Source of the DNA: Chthoniobacteraceae bacterium
GTDB taxonomy: Bacteria; Verrucomicrobiota; Verrucomicrobiia; Chthoniobacterales; Chthoniobacteraceae
Length of the DNA stretch: 37,299 nucleotides
Assembly (NCBI GenBank): GCA_031409655.1
Contig: JANNXQ010000265.1
Coordinates: 1 to 37,299 of the forward strand
Direction of reading: 5' to 3'
The notes under the pieces are model-generated. The model was not told the DNA's origin. It ran no database searches and saw only the letters and a program-made list of their open reading frames with translations. Of this stretch, positions 1-8,207 are shown piece by piece. A program made the translations under genes and the position numbers. How positions within the stretch are numbered: the first letter of the stretch is position 1; each line of letters begins with the position of its first letter.

Positions 1-73
1 CCTCGCGCCGGTTGCCACGAGCCATCACATGGTAATAGGCGCCGGGATATTCGATGCGCAGGCTGCGGGGCAT
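1..73 (-). CDS. REP-associated tyrosine (Y1/HUH, IS200-like RAYT) transposase, 5' end only; runs off the window
   Basis: ATG at 73 reads MPRSLRIEYPGAYYHVMARGNRRE, the typical RAYT N-terminus (R..RI..PGA.YHV..RGN.R). No stop before the window edge. Confidence 0.75.
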   Translation of the reverse strand, partial: MPRSLRIEYPGAYYHVMARGNRRE

Positions 74-129
74 GGGCGCAATTCACCGCCTAACGACTGG
101 GCTGTCAAGATTTGTTGCCTGACCCCTTT

Positions 130-225
130 CCTCTCCTGATCTCGAAAGATCGCCTCGCGCCGGTTGCCACGAGCCATCACATGGTAATATGCGCCGGGAT
201 ATTCGATGCGCAGGCTGCGGGGCAT
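130..225 (-). pseudogene. Truncated duplicate of the RAYT transposase 5' end (about 32 codons)
   Basis: MPRSLRIEYPGAYYHVMARGNRREAIFRDQER then runs into the upstream non-coding region of the next copy, out of frame with it. Confidence 0.75.
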
Positions 226-669
226 GGGCTCAATTCACCGCCTAACGACTGGGCTGTCAAAATTTGTTGCCTGACCCCTTTACCCAATGGGGCGGCTGTG
301 GACTTGAAGGCGGAATTGCAACGAGCGCAAAGGTACGCCGGGCCCACTCATGGCCGATCCTGCGAAGGCGACGCGGTCTAAGCATTTGCGCGGCGCGGAT
401 GGGAAGTGGACGGTGCGTGATGACGCGTTCGTGCATTTTCAACGTGCGGATCGGCCGGCGCGCGCGGGACCGTCGGCGCTGGGATTCTCGGTGGGTGGCG
501 ACGTGCATCACCTAACTTAGTTCGCAGGCCCGAGGAGTGACCGAATCCCGGTCACGGCCATCACGAGTTCGGCAATGCGGAGACTTACTTTCTGGTTGGC
601 GATGCTTTGGGTAAGGGGGCGCTTCGATTACTCGGCGAGCACGCGAAGTAACCAACGACGCGGGCGGAC

Positions 670-1353
670 TTATGCGGGCGGGAGCATTCGCCACTCACCG
701 GCGGGGATCTCGCCGAGATCGTAAGTGCCGAAACGCTCGCGGTGCAGTTTCTCCACGTGCCAGCCCTGGCTGGCAAACATCCGGCGCACTTGATGGTAGC
801 GGCCTTCGGTGATGGTGAGGCGTGCGGTGCGGGGTGAGAGGATTTCGAGCCGACCGGGGAGGCAGGGTTTGTCTTCGCCACGGAGGAGGAGACTGCCGGA
901 GGCAAAGATCGCGATCAGGGCGGGATCGAGATCGCGGTCGAGGTCGGCGAGGTAGGCTTTCTCGACGTCGGACTTGGGCGAGGTGAAGCGGTGGACGAGA
1001 TCCCCGAGATCGGTGACGAGCAGGAGGCCGCTGGTTTCTTTGTCGAGGCGGCCGACGCTGGTCACGGCGGGATTCCGCTGACTCCAGCGCGGCGGGAGCA
1101 GTTTGTAAATCGTCGGACCTTCCCCGTCGCTGTGCGTGCAGATGTAGCCAATGGGCTTGTGCAAGACCGCGAGCAGGCCATCGGGCGCTTCGAGGGCTTC
1201 ACCATCGACCCTGATTTGCTGGGGATCGACGCGCTGATCGGCCTTTGCAAGGACCACGTCACCGAGCTTCACCCGACCCGCGCGTACCATGGCGCTGGCT
1301 TCGCGGCGCGAGCAGTAGCCGAGGGAGGAGAGGAGTTGATCGAGACGGCGCAT
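670..1353 (-). CDS. rRNA pseudouridine synthase, RsuA/RluB/E/F family
   Basis: S4 domain (MRRLDQLLSSLGYCSRREA), HKPIGY, catalytic VGRLDKETSGLLLVT, TITEGRYHQVRRMF. Start moved to ATG 1353. Confidence 0.92.
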   Translation of the reverse strand: MRRLDQLLSSLGYCSRREASAMVRAGRVKLGDVVLAKADQRVDPQQIRVDGEALEAPDGLLAVLHKPIGYICTHSDGEGPTIYKLLPPRWSQRNPAVTSVGRLDKETSGLLLVTDLGDLVHRFTSPKSDVEKAYLADLDRDLDPALIAIFASGSLLLRGEDKPCLPGRLEILSPRTARLTITEGRYHQVRRMFASQGWHVEKLHRERFGTYDLGEIPAGEWRMLPPA

Positions 1354-1448
1354 CGGGACGGAGAGGGCGGCCAAGTTGTTCGCGGAGGCCGCGGCGGCGC
1401 CAGAAAATCCTTGCGGCTATTTGCGGCGGGGATGCGAAAACTTTGGCC

Positions 1449-2450
1449 ATGTCTGAAATCCGCCAGAATCAACTCACCGGCGAATGGGTGATCATCGCGC
1501 CCGAGCGCGCGAAGCGGGGCGGGGCTCTGCTCGCGCCCGCGCAACCCGCACCAGCGCCCGGATCGATGGCGGACTGCCCTTTCTGCCCGGGCAAGGAAGC
1601 CACCGCGACGGGCGAGCGCTACCGAGTCGAAGGCGACGATGGGCGCTGGGTGCTGCGCTCGATCGTGAATAAATTCTCGGTGCTCTCCGCGGAAGGCGCG
1701 GTCGAGTCCGAGCGCTGTGCGGTGCGTGGTGTGGAAAAGGTGAACGCGGTGGGCCTGCACGAGGTTTTGATCGAGACTCCAGAGCATCATCTCACGGTGG
1801 CGCTGTGCTCGGTGGAGCAGGTCGCGCGCATCCTGAGTGCGTACCGCGATCGGTTTCAGGCTTTCTACGCGGACCCGCGGGTGCGGCACGTCATCGTCTT
1901 CAAAAATCACGGCACTGAGGCCGGCGCGTCGCAGCAACATCCGCATTCCCAGATCGTGGGACTGCCGATCGTGCCCGGACAGATCGTCGAGCGGATCGCG
2001 CGGGCGGAACGCTTTTTCGCCGACACGGGACGATGCCTCGCCTGCACGATCATCGCCCAGGAGCGTGATCTCGAGTGCCGCATCGTCGCCGAGAATTCCG
2101 CCTTCGTGGCCTTTCTCCCCTACGCCGCACTGTCGCCCTACCACCTGTGGATCTTTCCGAAAACGCACGGTGCGTGTTTTTCCGAGCAGCCCTTCGAGAC
2201 CCTGAGCGCGCTGGCGGAGATCGTCCGCACGGTGCTCCTGAAACTCCACGGGCTGCTGGCCAATCCGGCCTTCAATCTCGTCGTCCGCTCGCTCGGTCCT
2301 TGGGAGCAGAGTTCGCCCGCGTTTCACTGGTATATCTCGATCGTGCCGCGCGTGAACAAGGTGGCTGGCTTCGAACTCGGCACGGGGATGTATGTAAATC
2401 CGTCATCACCCGAGCAGTGTGCCGAGGCGCTGCGAGCCTGCCGCGAGTAG
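1449..2450 (+). CDS. galT: Galactose-1-phosphate uridylyltransferase
   Basis: MSEIRQNQLTGEWVIIAPERAKR, CPFCPG, HEVLIETPEH, FKNHG..AGASQQHPHSQ active site, AGFELGTGMYVN. Start ATG 1449. Confidence 0.9.
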   Translation: MSEIRQNQLTGEWVIIAPERAKRGGALLAPAQPAPAPGSMADCPFCPGKEATATGERYRVEGDDGRWVLRSIVNKFSVLSAEGAVESERCAVRGVEKVNAVGLHEVLIETPEHHLTVALCSVEQVARILSAYRDRFQAFYADPRVRHVIVFKNHGTEAGASQQHPHSQIVGLPIVPGQIVERIARAERFFADTGRCLACTIIAQERDLECRIVAENSAFVAFLPYAALSPYHLWIFPKTHGACFSEQPFETLSALAEIVRTVLLKLHGLLANPAFNLVVRSLGPWEQSSPAFHWYISIVPRVNKVAGFELGTGMYVNPSSPEQCAEALRACRE

Positions 2451-2453
2451 GCG

Positions 2454-2479
2454 GCGCTGGATGATCCGGCGCTTGATTT
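2454..2479 (+). terminator. Possible terminator hairpin between convergent genes
   Basis: GCGCTGGA-TGA-TCCGGCGC stem (one G-U pair) followed by TTGATTT; weak U-tract. Confidence 0.3.
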
Positions 2480-5400
2480 ACCGCCGGATATTCAGGCTGG
2501 GGAGATCGGCGCGGAGGCGGGTGAAGATGGCTTCGGGGGTGTCCGGACTGACGATGATTTCCTTGAGCGTGCGGAATTTTTTGAAGGCGCGCAGCGCGCC
2601 ATCGGTGATCGGCGGATTGTCGAGGCTCAGCTTGTGGAGCTTGGGCAATTTCGCCAGCGCGTTGAGCCCGCCCTCGGTGAGCACCGCTTTATCGAGATCG
2701 AGTTGGTTGAGGGTTTCCAACCGTGCGAGTTCGGCCGCCACGTTATCGGTCGCGGCGTCGCCTTGCACTCTCAGCACATGGAGCTGGCGCAGCCGGAGGA
2801 GTTCAGCGACTCCGGCGCGATTGATGGAGCCGGCGGCGCCACCGATTTCGAGCGTCTCGAGCTTTGGAAAAGCGGTGGCGATGGCGCGGAGCACGGAGTC
2901 GTCGAGGCCGGGGCAGTGGTCGAGATGGAGCGTCACGAGGTTCGTCCGGACGGGCCAGCTTTTGAAGGCGGAGCCGGTGACTTTGGTGCCACCGAGATTG
3001 AGCGACGTGAGCCGCGAGAGTGCGCTCAGCGGAGCGAGTGCCGCGTCGGTGAGGGGCTGATCCTGAAAGGACAGACGCGTGAGGCCGGTGCAGCGCGCGA
3101 GGTGTCCGGTGATGACGCCGTCGAGCGCGCTGCCTTTGGGGTAAAGGCGCGTGAGCTTGGGCATTTTGGCGACGCGCTCCCAGGCCGCGGGGGTGACGCG
3201 GATTTTGCCTCCGCCAAATTCGAGATCCTCGAGCCCGGGCAGGGCGGCCACACTGGCGAGCGCGGCGTCGGTGAGTGGGAGATCGTTGAGGCGCAGCTTG
3301 GTGAGTTTCGTCAGCGGCGCGAGCGTGGCAATGGCGTCGTCGCCCGCGCGCAGATTGACGAGCGCGAGATGGGTGAGTTCGGGCAGGGCGGCGACCAACT
3401 CGAAGGTCCGGCCGGTGATGCCGGGCAAATTCTCGAGCCGCAGATGGCGGAGCGCGCGCAGGGAGCGCAGGCGCTCGATGGTGGCATCGGTGATGGCGAT
3501 GCCATTCAGCGCGAGGCTGGAGACATCGGCTAGTTGCTCGAGAATGGCGAGGTCGCCGTCGGTGATCGGGGCACCAGCAGCGGGGCGCGGGCGGAATTCG
3601 ACTTCGTCCCACTCGAATTTTTCGCTCTTCAGATCGGCCGTCGTCTTCAACTCGTAGCGCGTGCCGCCGGGGGCGCTGCGCACCCACACTCTCGCGTGGA
3701 GATCGAGGAGAGTGCGGAGCAAAGGGAGCGGCGCGAGCTTGCCTTTGATCGGCGCGGCGACCGCGGCGACCGCGGCGGGCTGCCCGGCGGGTGGGACGAG
3801 CCAGGCGGCGGCGAACTCGGCGCGGCGGGCCTTGAGGGCGGCCATTTCGCCGAGTTGCTGCTGCGCAGTGAGCTGCGCCTCGCGTTGCGCGAGCGCGGGT
3901 TCGGAGCGGGCGAGCAGCGCCTGGGCGCGTTCGAAGCGCTCCTTGTCGAGCTTCGCAAATTGTCCGCGCCATTGGTCGCGGATTGGCTTCAGCTCAGGGA
4001 TTGCGGGCGGCTTGCCATCGTCGGCCAGGGGCTGGCCGCTGGCCACGCGCTGGCGCTCGACGCGCAGCGCGAGGACCACGTCCCGCTTCCCGGCAGCCAT
4101 CGCCGCGGCGATGCTGGCGTCGATCACATCGACATATTGCTGCCGGATTTTTGCGACCGCGGAGTCAAAGGGCGCGCGGACTTCGCGCAGATAGGCCGCT
4201 TGCATCTGCTCGCTGGTGGTGGCCAGCCAGTCTGCCGGTGGGGGCGTGGCGGCGGGTGCCGGAGGGGCGGCGGGTGCGGGCAAGCTCGCGACCATCGGGG
4301 CGGGCGTGGCGGGTGCGGTGGCCGGTTCCGGTGCGGGCGTCGCCGCTGCGGGCACGGGGGTCGCGAGCTTCTTTGCCGCGATCTTTGGTTTGGGTTTCGG
4401 CGGCGGCGTGGCCGTCGCCTCCACGACCGCGAGGGGCGCATACTTTGCCTGCTCGGCGCGGGCGAGCGCCACCTTTTGCGCGGCGGTGAGCGTTTCCTTT
4501 TCCGGCTTTAAGACCACGAAGCCAACGCCAGCAAGCAGCGGCACGGCAGCCGCCGCGCCGATCCACCAGCGCTTCGGTCGGCGCATCGGCGAGACCATGG
4601 CGACGGGCTCGGGCTCGACGAGCGCGGGCCGCACTTCGGCCGGGGCGTCGCGCACCTGCTCGAGCGCGGCCTTCATTTCCGCGATGGTCTGAAAGCGCCG
4701 ATCCGGCTCCGCCTGCAGCGCCCTGCGCACGATCGCATCCAGCCGCTGATCCACGCCCGCGCGGAGCGATGGCGGATCGAAAATCCCGGTCGGCACTCCG
4801 CCGCAGAGCATCTCGTAAAGAATCACGCCTCCCGCGAAAATGTCCGCGCGTTCATCGACCGCGAGCGCGTGCTTTTGCTCCGGAGCGAGGTAGTCCGCCA
4901 CGCCGCTCGCGGCCACCGCGAGCCGGGTGACGCCGAAGTCCGCGACCTTGGCCACCGCCGCGCGGCTCAGGAGCACATTCGCCGGTTTCAAATCGCCATG
5001 GACCACGCCCTCGCCATGGGCGTGGGCGAGCGCGGCACAGAGTTGCGTGGCCACGTGCAGGGCGGCGCCCTCCGGCAGCCGCGCCTCCCGCAGCCGCGCA
5101 TCGAGGGGCGCACCATCGACGTATTCCATCACCACATAGAGATGACCCGCGGCGGTCTCGCCGAAGTCATGCACAGTGACGATGTTCTCGTGGTGCAGCC
5201 GGGCCATGGCCTCAGCCTCGCGCAGAAAGCGCCCGGCAAATTCGCGATCCGCGCCCGCCGCCGCTGGCAGGAGTTTGATCGCCACGAGCCGGTCGAGAGC
5301 GGTCTGGCGGGCCTGATAGACCGAGCCGTGGGCGTCGCCGCTGATCAGCGCGAGGATTTCGCAGTGCGGGAAAAGGCGGCCCACATCCTCGAGCGAGAGC

Positions 5401-6110
5401 CCATCCTGAGTGGAGGCCGGCGCGGGGAACTCCTCCACCGGCGCCGCGAGACCGCGGGCAAAACAATCCTCCGGCACGAGTCCGGCGAGACTGGCGGGGA
5501 GCGGCGTGGTCTCGTCGCCCAGACTGCTGACGGCATCGCGCAGGACCGCCATTTCGCTCTCCCCATCCGCCGGATCAGCCAGCATCCCGGTCACGATTCC
5601 CCGGAGTAGCACGCCGAGGCGCTCGCGGAACTCGGCTGCCGTCGGATCGCCGCCCTCTGCGCGCAGCGTCTCCGCAGCGCGGTCGAGCACGAGGAGCGCG
5701 AGAGCTCGCGCGAGCAGGGCATCGGGAGAGCCGTCCGGCTCGGTCGCGTAGCGGTCCTCAGCCCAGGCGCGATCAATCGTGAGGAGCGGCGTCGGCCACG
5801 GCTTTACCCCGGCAACCGCGAGCACTGGGAGACGGCGGAGCTGCCACGCCCGCCAGCGCGCAGCCCCGGGATCATCCGCCCGCGCCGGTTCGCGCTCGAT
5901 CCAGCGGGAAAGGCACGCCTCGGTCGCACTTGCCGCCTTTGTCGCGGTGCAGCCCACGCGCCGCCACCAGGCGTACACCGGATACCAATAGCGCGCCGCC
6001 AGGAGCTGCATCGCCTCGGCCGCCGTCGCGGTGTCCCCACCCGAGGCGGTGGACCAGAGTCCACTACCGACCGCAGGACCGCCTGCGTCTGTGCTGATGC
6101 CCAGATTCAT
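2478..6110 (-). CDS. Membrane Ser/Thr kinase: N-terminal degenerate ECF-sigma-like domain, kinase, TM helix, Pro/Ala linker, helical region, C-terminal leucine-rich repeats
   Basis: RYWYPVYAWWRR sigma-2-like motif; VAIKLL, FLREA, HGDLKPANVLL, KVADFG, YLAPEQ, DERADIFAGGVILYEML; TM WWIGAAAAVPLLAGVGFVVL; repeats like LTKLRLNDLPLTDAALASVAALPGLEDL. Start moved to ATG 6110. Confidence 0.85.
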   Translation of the reverse strand: MNLGISTDAGGPAVGSGLWSTASGGDTATAAEAMQLLAARYWYPVYAWWRRVGCTATKAASATEACLSRWIEREPARADDPGAARWRAWQLRRLPVLAVAGVKPWPTPLLTIDRAWAEDRYATEPDGSPDALLARALALLVLDRAAETLRAEGGDPTAAEFRERLGVLLRGIVTGMLADPADGESEMAVLRDAVSSLGDETTPLPASLAGLVPEDCFARGLAAPVEEFPAPASTQDGLSLEDVGRLFPHCEILALISGDAHGSVYQARQTALDRLVAIKLLPAAAGADREFAGRFLREAEAMARLHHENIVTVHDFGETAAGHLYVVMEYVDGAPLDARLREARLPEGAALHVATQLCAALAHAHGEGVVHGDLKPANVLLSRAAVAKVADFGVTRLAVAASGVADYLAPEQKHALAVDERADIFAGGVILYEMLCGGVPTGIFDPPSLRAGVDQRLDAIVRRALQAEPDRRFQTIAEMKAALEQVRDAPAEVRPALVEPEPVAMVSPMRRPKRWWIGAAAAVPLLAGVGFVVLKPEKETLTAAQKVALARAEQAKYAPLAVVEATATPPPKPKPKIAAKKLATPVPAAATPAPEPATAPATPAPMVASLPAPAAPPAPAATPPPADWLATTSEQMQAAYLREVRAPFDSAVAKIRQQYVDVIDASIAAAMAAGKRDVVLALRVERQRVASGQPLADDGKPPAIPELKPIRDQWRGQFAKLDKERFERAQALLARSEPALAQREAQLTAQQQLGEMAALKARRAEFAAAWLVPPAGQPAAVAAVAAPIKGKLAPLPLLRTLLDLHARVWVRSAPGGTRYELKTTADLKSEKFEWDEVEFRPRPAAGAPITDGDLAILEQLADVSSLALNGIAITDATIERLRSLRALRHLRLENLPGITGRTFELVAALPELTHLALVNLRAGDDAIATLAPLTKLTKLRLNDLPLTDAALASVAALPGLEDLEFGGGKIRVTPAAWERVAKMPKLTRLYPKGSALDGVITGHLARCTGLTRLSFQDQPLTDAALAPLSALSRLTSLNLGGTKVTGSAFKSWPVRTNLVTLHLDHCPGLDDSVLRAIATAFPKLETLEIGGAAGSINRAGVAELLRLRQLHVLRVQGDAATDNVAAELARLETLNQLDLDKAVLTEGGLNALAKLPKLHKLSLDNPPITDGALRAFKKFRTLKEIIVSPDTPEAIFTRLRADLPSLNIRR

Positions 6111-6289
6111 AGTGCAACAACTGAACGCGCGGATCACACCCAAGTTTCCTGATTTTGTCGAGCGTGTGCTGCGACTCTCCCAGCCGCGCGACCGGGGCCA
6201 TACTTTCCCGACACGCCGGAAAAAACGGCACACTCCCCCATCGAGCGGCTACCCTCCAGACCGGATCAATCTCCGGTGCCCTCCAAAGG

Positions 6290-6448
6290 TCAGATGGATT
6301 TGCGTCCCTGGAATTTCCCGAGAATTGCCTTCGTCGTCTTGTCCCGATGGCGCTGCTGCGAAGCCTGATCCTGATCCGTGAGACCCTGCCCGACGCCGGG
6401 CTTGGCGCTGGGACGTGCTTTACTCTTTTTGCTGGGGCGTTGCGGCAT
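6290..6448 (-). CDS. Small basic hypothetical protein (52 aa)
   Basis: MPQRPSKKSKARPSAKPG...KAILGKFQGRKSI fills the gap between co-oriented genes; pyrimidine-rich leader. No homology support. Confidence 0.4.
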   Translation of the reverse strand: MPQRPSKKSKARPSAKPGVGQGLTDQDQASQQRHRDKTTKAILGKFQGRKSI

Positions 6449-6492
6449 TGGCGGAAGATCGGGGGAGCCGGCGGGCGTTGCGAGCTTCAACT

Positions 6493-7044
6493 TCACCGCG
6501 AGCAGCGCGCACTTCCGCCCGGAAGTCGCACTTTTGCGTAGAGGAGCCCATCGATGAACTCGCCGTCGCGAAAGTAACGCGCCAGCAATTTTCCCTCGAA
6601 GGCGTAGCCAGCCTTTTCCAGCACTCGCGCCGAGGCCGGATTGCGCGCATAGACGGCGGCTTGAATCCGCGCCAGGGGCAGTTCGGTGAAGGCCCATTCC
6701 GTCAAGGCGACGACGGCTTCCGACATAATACCGCGGCCCCAGAACGCCGCGCCCAACCAGTAACCGATCTCGGCGCAATGCGCGGAGACCGCCGACTTTC
6801 CCGGATCGCCAATCTCCACGCCGATGCCGCCGACGACCTCATCCTGGATCGTGATACCGAAGTGCGTCTCGGGCGTGCGCCGACTCGCGGTGACGATCCA
6901 CTCGTCGGCGTGCTCGAGCGAATAGGGGTGCGGGATGGCGCTCATATTTCTCGCCACACTGGGCTTACCGATGTGCTGCACGATCGACGCCGCGTCGGAG
7001 GGACGCAGGGAGCGGAGGGCACAATGCGCGAGCTGGAGTTCCAT
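6493..7044 (-). CDS. GNAT N-acetyltransferase, RimJ/RimL family
   Basis: IPHPYS...A..WI, AEIGYWLGAAFWGRGIMSEAV, NPASARVLEKAGYAFEG. Confidence 0.92.
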   Translation of the reverse strand: MELQLAHCALRSLRPSDAASIVQHIGKPSVARNMSAIPHPYSLEHADEWIVTASRRTPETHFGITIQDEVVGGIGVEIGDPGKSAVSAHCAEIGYWLGAAFWGRGIMSEAVVALTEWAFTELPLARIQAAVYARNPASARVLEKAGYAFEGKLLARYFRDGEFIDGLLYAKVRLPGGSARCSR

Positions 7045-7056
7045 GACGGCGCGCGG

Positions 7057-7890
7057 TCAGTGCTCGGGGAAATCCTGCGCGTAACGTTTGAGCAGCGCGG
7101 GCACGTCGGTGCGCAGGAGATACATTTTTCCCCGGATCGTCTTCCGCTCCCCTGCCCCCAAACCGCCGATGCGCAAGTCGCTATGGAGACAGCGGGCGAC
7201 CGCTTGGAAAAGCTCCTGATACGGCTCCCAGGCCGTGGCCCAGATCCACGCCTCATCGCCACTGAAGCAGCCGATGAGTCCGTGGCTCGGGACCTGCGGA
7301 TTGAGCGGGCGCGGGTTCACATCCGTGCGCGGCACCTGCTGCGGACACCAGACCTGACCGGGGATGTAGCGCGCCTGCTTCGCCCACTGCGGCGTCGGCA
7401 TCCGGGTGAGTTTCCCCTCGAGGAAGATGAAACATTTCCCGAGATAATCCTCGGGCGACGGCAGGTCTTTGTTCGTGAAACCCGTGAAGGCGCCGAGCCG
7501 CACGCACGGCTGCGCCCAGTGCGCCTCGGAGGCTTTGGCCGTGGGATTGTGCGCGACGAGGCGAAAGTCCACCGTATCGTCCCCGGCCGTGATGGTGTGC
7601 TCGACGATCACGCCATCCGCGAGGGTGTCGCGGAGGTGCAGCGTCCGGGCATCCGCGCTCAGCGAGACGACTTCCGAAGTGTGCGGGATGACGGTCTGCG
7701 CCACCCAATCGGCATCCGTCGATCCCGCGCGACAGTAGGCCTCGAGGTAGTTTGTGCGGATTTCTCCGCCGGGAATCTGTGCGCCCCGAATGACGAGCCA
7801 GGGCCCGTCGCGGGCCAGCGTGAGCGCCGGCTCCGCCGATCCGCGGAGGGTGAGCGAGAGGAGGATAAAAGCGACCATGGCGACACGCAT
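7057..7890 (-). CDS. Secreted hypothetical protein
   Basis: Signal peptide MRVAMVAFILLSLTLRGSA; GC3-rich codon usage; ends 12 bp before the GNAT start. Start moved to ATG 7890. Confidence 0.75.
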   Translation of the reverse strand: MRVAMVAFILLSLTLRGSAEPALTLARDGPWLVIRGAQIPGGEIRTNYLEAYCRAGSTDADWVAQTVIPHTSEVVSLSADARTLHLRDTLADGVIVEHTITAGDDTVDFRLVAHNPTAKASEAHWAQPCVRLGAFTGFTNKDLPSPEDYLGKCFIFLEGKLTRMPTPQWAKQARYIPGQVWCPQQVPRTDVNPRPLNPQVPSHGLIGCFSGDEAWIWATAWEPYQELFQAVARCLHSDLRIGGLGAGERKTIRGKMYLLRTDVPALLKRYAQDFPEH

Positions 7891-8207
7891 GAGACAGATG
7901 ATTCCTCTTTTGCCGGAAATGCGCAAAACCTCTTCGTGGTTGCGACTCGGCACCGTTTCAGGAGGCAAGCTAGACAAGAATCGGGTTCCCATTCGTGAGT
8001 CATCGAAACGCGTGGTTCCAGCCACGAGCCTCTGCCTTGCAACCGCCTGTCGGCACAAACCTCGAAACCCCGTTAGCGCCAGACTTTTTCCTCGACAGCA
8101 AACCTCAGAATCGTCCATCCACGAAGAGCACATGCGGCCAAGGGGAACTAATGCTCGGCAGTCGCCTCTGTGCAAAACGAACAAGCACTCCTGTATATAA
8201 ACCTGAA

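Larger units (their letters stand above)
1..281. repeat. Direct tandem duplication, period 152 bp (1-129 vs 153-281)
   Basis: The two copies align with 3 mismatches over 129 bp; both end in ...TTTGTTGCCTGACCCCTTT. Confidence 0.95.

Noticed and set aside
1..281. CRISPR-like array
   Set aside because: The whole 152-bp unit repeats, there are no unique spacers, the unit is coding-derived, and no cas genes are present.
350..520. 56-aa ORF MADPAKATRSKHLRGADGKW... on the + strand
   Set aside because: Short with no recognisable motif; may be a gene remnant but cannot be supported.
6415..7998. Long antisense ORFs (527 aa here; also 17977-19722, 19834-22278, 28184-30097, 31490-33121, 8148-9539)
   Set aside because: Shadow frames opposite well-supported genes, expected in high-GC DNA.
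7891..8207. Possible riboswitch or operator repeats (AAACCTC three times) upstream of the fibre genes
   Set aside because: No convincing riboswitch consensus by eye; repeats are short and irregularly spaced. An Rfam scan would be needed.
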